Assembly: GCA_012295275.1 (NCBI GenBank) | Contig: CM022669.1 | Span: forward strand, 13,640,001-13,704,000 | Source of the DNA: Chrysomallon squamiferum | Taxonomy: Eukaryota; Animalia; Mollusca | Length of the DNA: 64,000 nucleotides | Direction: 5' to 3' | Shown here: one piece after another, positions 1 to 15,733 of the stretch | Layout of the letters: each line of letters starts with the position of its first letter | Numbering within the stretch: the stretch's first letter is position 1 | Notes under the pieces: model-generated | What the model saw: the letters and a program-made list of their open reading frames with translations, nothing else | What the model was told of the DNA's origin: nothing | Database searches by the model: none | Translations under genes and position numbers: made by a program

Positions 1-375
1 ACAATAAAAAATATAAATTAACTTCGGTCAGGCAGTACAAAATCGTACAGAACTATGAAGAAAATGTGACAGAAACAAAGAAAGAGTAACACAAAACACG
101 AAACAGCGTGTATCCCATATAGCCAGAACAGCTTAATACTGTTACTCGCAAAAACACAAACACATCTCAGGATCATCCATATCTTTATATCTCAAAGCCT
201 TTGTTAACATTTTTCTTTTGACAATGTAAAAAGAAAATCCACTGAACAAGCAAGCATGCAGACAACCCCAAAATTCATACTTGTGAAAAAAATAAATAAA
301 GAAAGAAACAAAATAATGAAAAGAAGAGGAAAGCTGCTTAAGTTTGCTTCGTGATCTTTGTTACACAAACATGGC

Positions 376-426
<51 letters not shown>

Positions 427-761
427 CAGCTGAGACTGACAAGGTATGTCAGTAAGAAAATGAGCAGACTTATTATGACGACGATAAAAGTGTCGAGTTC
501 AGTAGTAAACTCTCGTGCTCGAGTAGTCAGATTCCAGTCAACGCAGATAACGTTACGCTCCTGTCTTTACGACAGAAACAGAGTCAGCAGTAAACACACA
601 GTCTTGTGTTTGTTCTACGACACTGGTCGATGTTTCCGTACAGTGCAATCTACGCTTTGTTTGCTCTACACTGAATCATAAATAAAAACCTATAAACATA
701 AATACACACACATACGCACTTGTAAAGTGTTGCAAATCAGATAAAAGAAAAGTGCACAAAG

Positions 762-884
<123 letters not shown>

Positions 885-1195
885 CATCTTTCTCTGACAG
901 ACACACTCATATTATCGTTCTTTCTTTCTTTCCATCTCTCTCTCTCTATTTATCTCTCTCTCACACACATAAGCTCTCATGTTCTTTCCTTCTCTGCTAC
1001 TAAGTCTCTATCTCAGTTCTCAGTGCCTCGCGCAAGCAACACGCAATCTGACATCAGTTTTCTATCTTAACAGTGGTAGTAGTAACAATAGTAGCAGTAT
1101 TATAGTATATATAGTAATGGTAGTTGTAGTAGAAGTAGCAATAATAGTAGTAGTAGTTGTTGCAGTAATGATATTAATAATAGAAGTAGTAGTAA

Positions 1196-1226
<31 letters not shown>

Positions 1227-1686
1227 CGTAGTTGTAGTTGCAGGTGTTGTAGTAGTAGTAGTTGTTGTTGTAGTAGAGGTAATCGTAGCAGTATTAATCG
1301 TAGAATCGCTCGTACACTGGTGTCGTATCGGTAGCTCTGGATAGTTACAGCAGTGCTAGCTGTGTAGTTTTATAATAATTACATCTTCAAAAAAAAAAAA
1401 GATACTTCAGCCTTTGATGAATGAAATGGAATTTGAAAACACTTCACAGCTGCATTATTCATCGAGCTGGCAAAATGGCTCACAGCTTCCTAATATTTAG
1501 TTATTTTTGTCTTACGAGGTGTGAGTTATTTCTGTTTACTTAGTTATTAACGGTCCTGTCATGACAATTCTGATAAGCTCGTCAGAATGGACAAGTTACG
1601 GACGTATTTAGAAATAAATTAAACGGGAAATAACAGGTGAATTATTTTTTAACTTTTTTTTCATCGTCTTTTTTATATGTGCATCT

Positions 1687-1717
<31 letters not shown>

Positions 1718-2606
1718 TCTTTTCTCTAAATATAAATATATATATATATATATATATATGTATGATTGTATGAATGCATGTATGTGTGTGTGTGTCTGTG
1801 TGTTTTTGTGTGTGTTTGTGTGTGTGTGTGTTTGTGTGTGTGTATAGGTTTAGTTAATAACCATTTTGTTCGGTAAATGACAGCGGGAAATTAGATTTCT
1901 ATATTAATTTGCTTATCTTTTAGTAAATATAACATATTTATCTACATTTACCTTTATTTAAGTTATGAGTGTACTGAAAAAGATATATTAGTAATTTTCA
2001 ACCTTAATAATAAAAAGGCCCAGTAAAGAGAGAGAGAGAAAAAAGTGTGTTTGCTTAATGGATAAATTCATACTTGATAGTTTTTCAATTTTCAAAATTT
2101 ATTTGAATTATTTGTATACTGGAAAAGTCTGTCAATAACAATTTTTTTAATTTTAAATTTATTTATTTATTTATTTATTATTATTATTTTTTTTTTATTT
2201 AAATAATTATTTATTTTTTTTTTTTTTTTTTTTTTTTTTAACGTGTCAATGTAGAAAGATAATATATTTCCTAAGTGAGAAAAGACAACTTAACATTTTC
2301 TGTTAGAAAACAAAATTACCAGAACACCATAAGTGTGCTGACAACCAACAGATGGTGAAAATTTGAGCTGAAACCAAATGAGAAAGATGTACATTTATTT
2401 TAAACTATCAGTGTTTAAAATTACCTTTATAGACGTTTTCTACTGCTAATTAACATATCAAAAAAGCATACAAAATAAAAAATTATCATCATCATTATTA
2501 TTATCATCATCATCATCATCATAGTACTAGTATTACTACTATATGTTCTCTCTCTCTCTCTCTCTCTCTCTCTAAACATATATATATGTATGCTTGTATG
2601 AATGTA

Positions 2607-2654
<48 letters not shown>

Positions 2655-5600
2655 CTTATAATTATATTATAGTGGCATTTTTTAATATCTGCTCTTTGTT
2701 CAAACTTACTTCTATTTTTCTATCTTATTTTGCCGATGACCTCCATATCCAATCTGTGCTTAGTTCATGTAATACTGAGTTTATAAACACAGAAAACGTT
2801 GACTGTAAGTCAATTTACTCACGGTTCAATCCTGTAGTTTTTAAGGGTCAATAAATTATTAAATTAAAAAAATATATATTAATAATAATATTAAAAAGTT
2901 AAAATAAAACCAGACAATGCTTATTTATGTATTTCTTTTTTTTTCTTCTTTTTTTTTAAAATTATTTATTTCTTTTGTTTTTGTTGAAATTTAATTTTTT
3001 TTTTTTTTTTTTTTTTTCTGTGCGGTAATCTATTATGATATATCTGTACTTTGAGTTATTGTCATCAGAGAAATTCTAAAGATAGCATAAACTCTGTGAC
3101 TGTTTAATATCAAATACCCTGTAAATATAAATAAAATTAACACTTTGAACTCATAACTCTTAAAATTTACAACTTCAGAAAAACGTGTTTGTTCTTCTCC
3201 CATTTCAATATGTCATCTACATTTAACAAAAAAATAGAACAAGAAAAAGAGAAATTCATTATTGCCAAAACATGTTATTACATGTTACTCAGTGAAATGG
3301 CAACTGGAAATGTTGCAAGACAGAAATTTTGGGGTAGAAACTTTGTCTTTTATTGGCAAACAAAATTACATGTAATCTTTCTAAAGCTGGTCGGCGAAAA
3401 GTTTTACTGTCTGAAAACTGTCGAAAAGTACAAATTTACTGCTATTTCCTGCAAATAAATTGTTGCCAAATTAAGTACTTGCCACCAAAAAACTCCGAGA
3501 TCTGACTGAACAGTTTTACAGGAACCGTTTTTATGTCTTGCTTCCATGTTTGTTTCAATACCTAGAGTCGAAGTGTCGCATTTCAGTATCCTTGACATTA
3601 AACTCTGCATTCCTAATCAGTTGCGCGCGCGCGCGCGTGTGTGTGTGTATGTGTGTGAACAGACACACACTCAGATTAATTCACAGAGGGTACAAGGTCC
3701 GATTCTCCATTTAACTACTGAGTATGTGTTTTTTCTTCCTATTTCTGCCAGTTGATAAGTAGTTTATAGTTTGTTGAAACTTAGCTTTCCATCACATTTT
3801 GCATTCATGGACTAATTATATTTAAGATTTTTAATGAATGATTATAACTGTCTATGTGAAGGTGCAGTTAAAAGTTTCTTGCTGCTAATGAGAAGAAATT
3901 AACCCTGTGCTTGATGACATGTATTTTGTATATGTCTTAATTAAATAAGCACATTTATGAATATGCGTTCGTGTGTATACGTTTATGTGCCTTAATTGTG
4001 TATACGTGCTTATGTGTGTGTATTTATTTGTATTTCTACGTGTGTTTATGTGTGTTAACGTGTCTACATTGCGTATGTTTCTTTGTCTCCAAGTTCGTAT
4101 TACGTAACAATTTTGACTATGAATTACCGAACATCCACAAACAAGCAGATGTGATCACGTTCACGCTATTAGTGTTACAAGTAGTTGTGTAACGTATTTC
4201 ATTTCTCTTCTTATTCAGCTAACGAGCGGTGATCCGATTATTAAGACTTGTGTATAATCGACTGCAGGTGGTATGTATTTGTGTGTGCGGCTCAAAAAGT
4301 TATTCAGTATTTCTGACGTAATTATTATTAATAATTTGGTCTTTAAGGACAATCTAATGAAAAGGACAAGCTACGGAAAAAAAAATAATAAAAAATAAAA
4401 AACCAACAAAAACCCAACAAAAACAACAACAACAACAACAACAACACAGTCACAGTTAACTGTTATTGTTAACAGACACATATAAACGTACAAAACAACA
4501 AATAGTGAAGTTTGAAGAAAAAAAAAATAACGAATAAAGAAAAAAAAAGAAGAGAAAATCACGTAATTTATGGATAGGCATATATGTAGGTATATTTTCT
4601 TTTTACAACGTATATGCTGATACGTAAGTACGTGTATATATGCATGTATGTTTCTATGCAAGTATAGATGCATGTATTTATATAGTATACATGTGTGTAT
4701 GTATGTATATGAATGTAAGTATATGTATTTCTGTAAATATGAACCCAACTAACAACAAAACAAAAAAATTAATTTCGAAACGTATGACATATTACCAAGG
4801 TGACAATCAACATAAAAGACACATAACAAAAACAAGTGGCCTTTTAAATAAACATTAAACCTGAAGCTAACCTTTGCCATTTGGAATGAAAAATATATTT
4901 TCTACACAACACAATTAATGATTAAAGAGACACACGATTATCTCACGCGTGAGCCAGTAATAATGATATTGTTTTTGCGTCTTTGAAACTTCACCCAGGA
5001 ACGTCATCATTAATTTGCTGGACTCATGCATAAAAGAATCTGTGCTGAAGATTCATTAAAAGATGACAAAGTTTTTTTTTGTGTGTGTCTGTAATGATTC
5101 TTCAAAGTCTGAACAACAACAACAACGACGACAACAAAGCTATAAAGACAGAAGTTAAGAGAACTTAAAAACAAAAGAAAAGAAAATTGATTAAACAGCT
5201 CAAATTACAAGAAGCGAAAATGTTTTATAATAATAATAATAATAATAAATAAAAAAAATAAAGAAAGAGTTCCAGCCAAGTAAAATAAGCTGAAGTTGCA
5301 GACTATGACGTTATAGGTTGTTGTTGTTATCGTTAGTGTTGATGTTGTTGTTTATAAATGATGATAGTCAAAAAGTAGTTACTGGATGTCGAAAATTGGA
5401 CGTCATTTCAGAATATACAATAATAATTTCAGTAATCTGTTTTCACCAAACATTTCGAAAAAAAAAAAAAAAAAAAAATAAAACCTTTGTTTTAAACATC
5501 AGTAAGAATCCAGACATTAAGATACGTACGTACGTACGTACATACATACATACATACATTTATACATACATACATACATAGAGACATATATACATACATA

Positions 5601-6209
5601 TATTTCAGACGTTTATTATAGAAAGCACATTTCAGCTATTTATTATAACAACCACATTTCACACTCTTATTAACACAACCACATTTCAGATACATATTAA
5701 AATATGCCACTTTAAACATTTACCAGAAATGACTATTGTATAAGACACTGATGAAAAACCTCAATAATATTACATAATAAACGAAACAACAAGAACCTTT
5801 TGCAAAGATTATAATAACTATTATTGCATTTATTGATAAACGAGCTAATGGAATAATTTAGAAAATCGGTCCATTAAACAGCTGTTGGATTTCTCATAGG
5901 TTAGTGCAGTGTTTATGTTTATAATTAGTTTAATAGTTCTTTAACAGGAAAAAGCTTGCAACTGTACTCTTCGCTGCACTTATGTTACCAGTTTAATTAT
6001 TTTCTAAGACGTTTACAAAAACGACTGCATACATACATACGTACATATTCAAACACACACACACACACTTCATATATATCATGTACACAAAAATATATAT
6101 ATAAGCACACATACATGCATACGTACATGCACACATACATACATACATACATATGTACATAAACATACAGGCATATAGGCATACAGGCATGCATACATAC
6201 ATACATACA

Positions 6210-6240
<31 letters not shown>

Positions 6241-7012
6241 GCATATACATACACACATACATATTATACCTTCACATATGCACAAAATGCACACATACAC
6301 ACATACATACAAAAAATGATCAGAACGATTGGCTATAAACGAAGCAGGAAACTGCAGTGGTGAGGGAATGTTTGTCAGAGATTGTCAGACTTGTAATGAG
6401 GTTCAGATGAGGTCGCTAATCACTGTAATGACTTCTGTTACCCAGCGTCTCTCGAGTTGCCGATTGAAGAACCAAACAACTTTTTCACAAACCTGCAGTG
6501 TCATTCCTCTTCCAGTCAGAGGCAGGCCTCACTCTCTGGTGTCCTCTTCCAGCAATGTCTCATTTTACTCCTCGAGGTTTTACGTTATCTCATCATTATT
6601 TCCCGTTCCAGGCAGAACCTCATAAAATCTAATTCACACTTCGGCGGTGTTATTTGGCTTATATATGTTCAACCCTTACTTCCATGTTTTTGAATGTAGT
6701 ACTTGTTGCATCTTCAGTCAGTGTGATTTTCCTGTTCCACTTTGAGCCCCGTGATTGATGTCTACTAGCAGTTTCTCAGTTATACTTTGAACTTCTCATT
6801 ATTTATACAGTCGTTAGGCAGGTATAATCTCGCACTGTCACATTTATACTTAGGGGTATTCTTTTATTTATAAACCCAATCAGGTACGTAATTTTCTACG
6901 ATAACCATTACTCTATCGTACCTGTATCAGAAATCTTCTGTTTCCGTGGCTGCAAGAAGAAGGTGGATGGTAATGATTCCTTGCTAGTAAGTAAAAGTTT
7001 CCCATAAAACGG

Positions 7013-7114
<102 letters not shown>

Positions 7115-7687
7115 TTCAAAATAATGGTTTTGACAGCTAATAACCTTTAATGTAAAATGTCGTTATTAGTCTCATGCGCAAACCCTCTTGATCCGTCTTC
7201 TTCAATGCCGTAGTCTTTTGCTTTCATTCTGAATCCTATTACACATGAAATATACGACAAGGTCCATTTCGCTTCTGTCTGTTTCAAGGCTGTTAGAAAA
7301 ATGGTTTCTTGTTACTACGGATGATGTTAATGGGTGACTATAGACTTCAGTAATGTTTTCATCGTGGTTAGAAATAATCGCTTCTCAGTAACATTTTCAA
7401 GGCTGAAAGAAAATGGGTCCAAGTGCTATTAACAACCAGCGAGTTCTTCTCCCGTCATTTTCAAAACTATTAGATAATGTTTCGTTCAAAGTTTCAGAGA
7501 TGTAAGCTAATTTTTGTTCCTACTACCCTCCTGAAGGCTGAATAGATACGTGTTCAAGACCGTTTGGTTTAAAGATGAAAGACTTTGACTATAATTTTAT
7601 TCCTGTTGTTAATGTTGCCATCTCTAGTGAATCTCAAATATTATTATAGTTCAGATACACTCAGTGATCGGGTTTTTATTATTATTA

Positions 7688-7764
<77 letters not shown>

Positions 7765-7861
7765 TTTTTTATGTTTTTATTTATTTATTTCACTGTTATT
7801 ATTATTTTAATATTTGCAGATGTGAACATGGTGCTTATACTTTAATAAGTCGATTTAGAAG

Positions 7862-7898
<37 letters not shown>

Positions 7899-8388
7899 CA
7901 CTGATTTCTCTAAATTACAGGTTTTATCTCTATAACATTATAAGTATATACTTCTGTAAACCGTTATGTCTAGAAGAAAATTCTACACATCAAATTTTCA
8001 TCACCGCCATTAAAACAGTTTATCTCGTAAATTCGTGTGACCTTTGCTGAAGACGATTGGCTTTGAAGAATATTTTATGAAAACATCTTTCAGACTCGGT
8101 TTTTCCATTATTAATTATTATTATACTTTCCTGAATTACAGAAGGCGTTAGACAACAGTACCCAATTCGTGAAAACGAACACAAATATGTAATGTCATAA
8201 TACAGTTCTATTTAAGAAAAACTACTACACACCGTTTTTGGTGAAAAATAAAACAGGATTTACAGAGTATTAATGAGTTTATATATATATATATTTTTAA
8301 ACTTTTATTAGCATTTATTTTGTATTACGTTTTGATATGGTTTATGTTATTTTAATTTCTATGATTTGTATTTTAATTCTTTTTAAAT

Positions 8389-8431
<43 letters not shown>

Positions 8432-8883
8432 TTCATTATTTATTTTATTTTATTTTATTTTATTTTATTTGCTTGTTTCTTTATTTGTTTATTTATTTAT
8501 TTATTTTATCTTATTTTTTTTATTATTTTTTATTTTATTTTATTTTATTTTATTTTATTTTATTTTATTTTATTTATTTATTTATTTTATTTTATTTTAT
8601 TTTAATTTTAGTTTTTGGTATGGATAAATTGCAACAGATGTTTAAATAAAATAAATAAAAGAATAGCGTTTTATTTCGCTTAGTTATCTCGAGAATCCCA
8701 TTTTAAATTAAAACAAATGATTAGTATTTTGGGTTAAATAATCTGAAACAAGAGTAGATTTTCAATTTATCAGTTAATTATTATTGTTATTGTTACTGCT
8801 ACTGTTATCGGCTCAAAATCAACAGTCTGCCTTAGCAAAATATTCGTGATGACTGTGGAAATAAATATACAGAATGTAAATTC

Positions 8884-8926
<43 letters not shown>

Positions 8927-9606
8927 AGTAGTATTAGTAGTACTAGTAGTAGTATCATCATCATATTATTATTATTATTATTATATTATTATTATTATTA
9001 TTGCTGTTGTTTTTGTTCTTCTTGTTGTTCTTCTTCTTATCATCATCATCTTCATCATCATATTTATCATTATTACTACTACTACCACTACTATTACTAT
9101 TAATGCTACTTCTCAGAGTCAGGATATTTCATAAGCACAATCTGATAGACAGGAATCAATTTTTTTTACCTGTTCATGAACTAGACATAGAAAACTGCCC
9201 GGAACTGAAAAATTGTCCAATGGTTCAGTGAGCCGGGTTGATCCTGGAATCCAGTAGTAGCACCAGGGAAGGATATTAAGTTAGATTTCCAGTCACCAGA
9301 GTGTAAGAGAAAATAACAGAGCGTGTGATTTGTCACCAACGAGCTGCTATGAACAGCAGGTGGTCTAACTATTGCAGTACTGAAATGAGAGTAGCCAAAT
9401 GAAACCCTTTACTTCTGGTGTTATGTCATTTAAATGGCATCATCTTTTATGGTATATCAAATGAAACACCTGGTGTTGTCCTGCTGTGTAAAATTATAAC
9501 ACGAGATATGTATCAATTAGAGGGCACTGTCATTTAGTAAGACGAAATAATGTCATGAAAGAATGAAAAGTGTGTTTTTAAGGCTAAACGAAATTGTGTG
9601 CCTGTG

Positions 9607-9703
<97 letters not shown>

Positions 9704-10123
9704 CTTACTGTCATTCTAGATATATAAATCATAAACAACAGCACTACTGATGCAGTTGTATGCTGAGTCATATTTCTCGTTGTGACATAATGCACTTACT
9801 TAACCTATCTTTTAATGAACACATATCATAGTATGTTTATATTTGTATCTACATGTAATGTATATAAGGATGCATCAATATAATAAAATATATCTTTTAT
9901 CTGAAAAAAAAAATATAATGTACTGAATAATGTATTGAAACTTGACCAATCTGAAAGTGAATGAGGAGGTATCAGTAATTTGGTTTATATTGTTAACTTT
10001 CCTATATACTAGCAATTCTGACCTTTTACAATTCTTTCTGAAACTGATTATAATCGATAAAGCTAAAATCTAATTTATTTATTTATTTATTTATATATAT
10101 ATTTTTTTTTATTTCAGATCATC

Positions 10124-11266
10124 ATGAACAACACGACGGACGTACCGAGTCACGTGTTCATGAGATACTCGTCCGTATCCGCCCTGATCGAGGCTTTCGC
10201 CCCGGCGGGCAACAACGCCGAGCGCGTCCTGCCTCCTGTGTGGTACATCATCGGCTTCTTCTGCAACCCGCTGTGCGCCGTCATCTGGCTGGGCAGGAGG
10301 ATGCGGAGGAACAACTCCTCCGCCGTGTACCTGGGCGCGCTGTCCATCTCCGACTTGATGTTCCTCTTCTTGCACTTCCTCTACAACCTCCAGCAGGCCT
10401 GGGGTTTCAGGATCTACAACACGGAGAGCGGCTGCGAAGTGTTCTACCTGTTCTTCTACATACCTCAGTACCTGTCCACCCTCTTCGTCCTCGGCTTCAC
10501 CGTGGAGAGGTACGTGGCCGTGTGCCATCCGTTCATGAAGGAGAAGTGGTGCACGGTGAAACGGGCTTGCGTCATCGCTGGGGGACTGACGTTCTTCTGC
10601 GTCATCCTGGCGTCGGCGCACACGTACATCTGGGACTACCAGCCGCTGTCCGACTCCTGCACGTATCGAGACGAAGCGGCTGCAGGCGACGACGCCAGCT
10701 TCGTCAGCATCTGGAGCTGGATCACGGAGCTGCTCATCTTCGGAGTTATTCCCCTCATCGTTCTCATTTTCAACTGTTTTGTTCTAAAGGAAATTTGCAA
10801 GCTGGCCAAAAACGGCGTCGTGTCGAAGCAGAGCGGAAGCGCTAGTACGACCGCTTCGACCGTTACGCTTCTAGCCGTCTCCTTCTATCTGATCACCACG
10901 CAGCTGACGGCGACCGTTCTATTCTGCATGCAGCCAGCGTTCCCTCACGGTGACATTTACCTTACGGACGACGAAATCCGAGCCGATCCGCTATGGACGA
11001 AAATGTTCAGTTATTTAGAGACGAGGAAAATCATAGAGGTGATCTGCCTCTCTCATTACGCCTGCTATTTTTTCATCTATCTCCTGACGGGCAAACACTT
11101 CAGGAAGGAGGTTCTCTACTACATAACGTGTTGTGGTCGGTTTCGCTCCTTTGCGAGCAAATCGTCGAGGAAACGAGGAGAGAAGTATTCCATGGTCTCA
11201 GGCAATGGACACGTCCTATCGGAGACGTGCACGACCACATACACAACATATACAACCGGGGTATAA
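10124..11266 (+). CDS. Class A (rhodopsin-like) GPCR, FMRFamide/sex-peptide-receptor-like orphan, 380 aa, single coding exon
   Basis: The 380-aa GC3-rich ORF has seven hydrophobic segments: TM1 GFFCN, TM2 YLGALSISD, TM3 TVERYVAVCHP, an ECL2 Cys, TM5 IFGVIP, and TM7/helix 8 FFIYLLTGKHFRKE. N-glycosylation sequons lie at the N-terminus. A splice acceptor (tttttatttcag, ending 10117) sits 6 nt before the ATG, implying an upstream 5' UTR exon. Confidence 0.95.
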   Translation: MNNTTDVPSHVFMRYSSVSALIEAFAPAGNNAERVLPPVWYIIGFFCNPLCAVIWLGRRMRRNNSSAVYLGALSISDLMFLFLHFLYNLQQAWGFRIYNTESGCEVFYLFFYIPQYLSTLFVLGFTVERYVAVCHPFMKEKWCTVKRACVIAGGLTFFCVILASAHTYIWDYQPLSDSCTYRDEAAAGDDASFVSIWSWITELLIFGVIPLIVLIFNCFVLKEICKLAKNGVVSKQSGSASTTASTVTLLAVSFYLITTQLTATVLFCMQPAFPHGDIYLTDDEIRADPLWTKMFSYLETRKIIEVICLSHYACYFFIYLLTGKHFRKEVLYYITCCGRFRSFASKSSRKRGEKYSMVSGNGHVLSETCTTTYTTYTTGV

Positions 11267-11633
11267 CGTCTACCCCGTCGAAATGTTTCACAACAGCATA
11301 TGACTTTAACAAAAAAAAAAAAAAAAAAAAAAAAAAGGAAAAAAAAAAGATTTAGTTATCAGTTTGTTATCAGAGATTAAGAAATGAAGCTTCTAGTTAT
11401 AGAACCTTCTTAAGCATCATTTAAGGTCTCAAGAGTTAAGAATCATTTACTAACTCAAGTCCAAACTTTCATTCGTAATGAGATAACAGTTTTGTTGTTT
11501 TGATAACGGATGTGTCACTGGATTAGCCTTCTTTCAGACGTCAACGATCAGCCTAATTATTTTCAAACTGTATTTTCGTTTAATATTTTACTTGTTTAAT
11601 CATGTTTTTATGTTGATTAAGGATTTCATTTCT

Positions 11634-11728
<95 letters not shown>

Positions 11729-12324
11729 CCCCCCTCTCTCTCTCTCTCTCTCAAGCTCAAATTCACATGCTCACTCTCATATATATTTATATATGTATGT
11801 ATATATGTATGTAAGCGTGTATAGATGTATGTATGTATGTATGTATGTAGTATATGTATGTATGTATATGCACGAATGTATGTATTTACATGTGTATTTA
11901 TGTATATATGTATGTCTGTATGTATGTACGTGTGTATGTATATATGTATATATGTGTGCATGCAGTCTTATATTTTCTTGTTTGCTTCAGTCTTTGTTTT
12001 TGTGATGAGTGCTTGAAGGGATGGCAAATGGAGTATTGTAGAAAAATACAATTTTAGATTCAAACACATTTATATTAATATACATATATGTATAGATATA
12101 TATATTAAGAGTGCAATATTAATCATTTAGTGATGTATATAACCAGCAATTCATCATTTTTATGAGTAGTAAATAACTGGAATTAATAATATATTCTTTT
12201 CTATTGTAAGTTGTTTCTTCTTAAAGTTCCGTTGCAGGAAAGTTCTTTGTTATTTGTTAGGTTATTATTATTTTGTTTTGATGTTTTCTTATTATTTTTA
12301 TATTTCTTTATTCTTTATTTATAT

Positions 12325-12367
<43 letters not shown>

Positions 12368-14053
12368 CCTATTTATTTATTAATCTGTTTGTCTACTTAT
12401 TTATTATTTAATTATTTTTATAACCGTTTTACTGATTTATTTTCAGATGTCATCTTAATAAAATTTCCAGAAAAAAAAATAATTCCAGTAAATCATATTA
12501 TTCAGCTGTCTTTATTCTTGTTCACAGCTTTGATCATTCTTAACACATAGTTGTGTTCATATTTAAAACACAAGAATGTATAATATTCAGAGAATGTCGC
12601 TTTGCCTTTAAATTCGTTGCAATAAAAAAGACTGATTTTAAAAACGAGCTGCATATTAGACAATCCTTTTTTGGCAACTAAGAATTTCAGTTACATAACG
12701 CATATTTTATTTGAATTTTACGATTGTGCTAACATAGATATTATCCACAGTCAAAAATAACAAACCAAATTTTTATTATATTTTCTATTTGCTAATAATA
12801 ACGAAAAGCCAGGTGGAATTTCGCAATTATGTATAATACATGTATATAATTATATGTCTTTTATTTCCCGACAACTTACAAATGCAAGCGTAGCAGATTT
12901 GAACGTATGGTTATAACCACTTACTGCCAGTATATATTACATTATAAACTGGAGAAGAAAAAAAAAGTAAAACGAGGAATCGTTTCCATTAGGGTTTTGA
13001 TAACCAATAATTACGTGAGTTCGATGTTCTCTCTATCGCTTGTGAAACTATTGACTTATAACGAAAACCGAGACGCTGATGAGCTGTCATTATAAACAAT
13101 GAGGAAATTAATAAATAAAATTAAAAAAAACACGTGCCTGTAATATTCATCATTATTTGTTCAACTATGGCCCCAGATTATATGGGGAGAGTAGCCTGCG
13201 CTGAGCAGACACGCCAGAAACTGACACTGTCTGGCTCGTCTGATGCTGTTTAAAATAGAATATAGAAATGAATAAAACTCTCTTTCTGCCGCATTAGTTA
13301 ATAAGCAAACTGTAATTGCTCAGTCACGTATAAGTTAAAAATTCTTTGTTAATGCTTGATGTGAAGGGAAAAAAAGAAATATATTTTAACGATTACACAG
13401 GAATACTGAAGCAGAATACGACCATTTAAACAATAGAAGAAAAAAAAATTATTTCGGAATATTCTCGTCTGTCTGTAAGTTATAATGAAATTCAGTAACA
13501 TATATATCAATGCAATGATAGTAGAATTACCGTGGGATTATTATTATCCCATAAAAAAGGATGTTGGCTCACGGAATTACATACAGGCTTATGGTTGCAC
13601 ACGTAATGTCGGTCCCAAGGGACTGCACTCTAAAAGCTGGGCCGGGAATAATCGTGGCTCAAACTTAATTAGATACAGACACGCGCAGTAATAAAACTTT
13701 CTACAGAAGCACAATGGTTCCTTCTGCCTTTTATATGTAATGCATTTACAAGGAAATGTGTTGTCTTTGTTCGTTGCCTATGTGAAGTCTACCGCACTGA
13801 AACACACACACACACATATATATATATAGATTGTGATAATTTATAATTGTTCATTTTTACTTGAAAACAGGGTCGTTTTATGATGAGCACAGAGAAATAA
13901 TATTTGGTGTTAATATAAAATAAAAGATCTTGAAATATTGAATTTTTGTTTTAATGGGTTTTTTTTTTTTTTGTTTGAAAAGGTTTAATATATATATATA
14001 TATATATATATAAATGGTTGTATGTATGTGTGTTAGTTTATTTGTGTTGTGTT

Positions 14054-14170
<117 letters not shown>

Positions 14171-14829
14171 GACAGCAATACATATACAGAGAAGAATAAA
14201 ATCCTCTTTTTTATATAAAATGGCAAACCTACAGCTTATCTGCATGAAACCAATAGAAGAAGTAAACAAACAACGAAAAAACCCAAAGAAAATGGTAAAA
14301 AGCATACAAAAAACAAGGATACAACTGATGCATCTTCTCTTACGATTCGATCCTACAAACCTTCAGCTTTTATTTTTAAACGGACGGCTGTTGATGTACA
14401 CATACACTATTTAATTAACATTGTTCTGAAGCAGACAGATAACCAATATTATCACATGTTTGTTTGAAAGTGGCAGAACGGTGAATGAGCTTTTAAGATT
14501 AAAATGGAAATGCAGATAAATTGTTGTTGGTCTTGTTAATATCATAGCCATTTGTATTTATATTGCTTACTTGACTGCCATCTCGATCGGCCTTGACCCA
14601 GGCTCTCTCTCTGGTCAGTCAGAATGAGTTTAATAGCGGAAACGGACAGTTTCGGACATACTCTTATTTCATAATGGACGTTATTCGATCATGCTTTTAT
14701 TTCATTCATAATGGACATAATTACCAGATATTCATATTTAACTGAGTATATTTTGGAGAGGTAATTACGTCTGTATACATTTTAAACATAATTCAAGTAT
14801 TTTAGTGATCATCATCATCATCATCATCA

Positions 14830-14883
<54 letters not shown>

Positions 14884-15257
14884 TATTTATTTATTTAGTT
14901 AGTTACTTTTTATAATCAGTTTGTAATTCTCATTTCATTAAGTTCATCGTTATTTGTCGCATTATCAAAATGCAAGGATTCATAGTTTGCTGAATCTGGA
15001 TGAATAACAGAATTTACGTAATAAAGAAGAAACTGCTATTTAGTATGCATGAATTTCTTTTTTAAAGCAATTCAGCACAGACAACAAGAATGTTTAAAAA
15101 ATATTCCTGTTAATATTATTTCAAAACTCGATGATGATGATGACGATGAGAATAATAATACGATGATGATGATGATGGTAATGATCATGACGATACTACT
15201 ACTACTACTACTAATACTACTATTAATAACAACAACAACAACAACAACAACAATAAC

Positions 15258-15318
<61 letters not shown>

Positions 15319-15695
15319 GTAATAAATTATCTTCTATTTACAAACATTTTGACAAGCTACAATTATTAACTGGGACATATCCAGTATATAATAAAAACAT
15401 CTGCTCCATCTAAGTAATGAACATAACTTTCAAGATGAAATATGTTTCATTATAAACATACAAAAACAAATCAGATATGTGCAGATAGCTGGAAGTGGAC
15501 CCACAACTGCTGCATAAATTCCTAATTTGCCAACAATCGCAGACGTATCAGAACGAGGCGAATCTGATTTGTGGTGGCTTTTGTTGTTGTTGTTGTGTTG
15601 TTCTTCTTCTTCTTCTTCTTCTGTTTGTTTGTTTTGGTGGGGTTTTGGAGGGATTGGGGTTCTTTTTTTCATGTATGTGTATTTCTGTGAATGTT

Positions 15696-15733
<38 letters not shown>

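Noticed and set aside
6329-6693. Moderately GC-rich stretch with short ORFs
   Set aside because: It may be a decayed transposon fragment, but no domain or terminal structure could be identified.
10109-10845. Alternative-frame and antisense ORFs over the GPCR
   Set aside because: Same shadow-ORF effect from GC3-rich codons.
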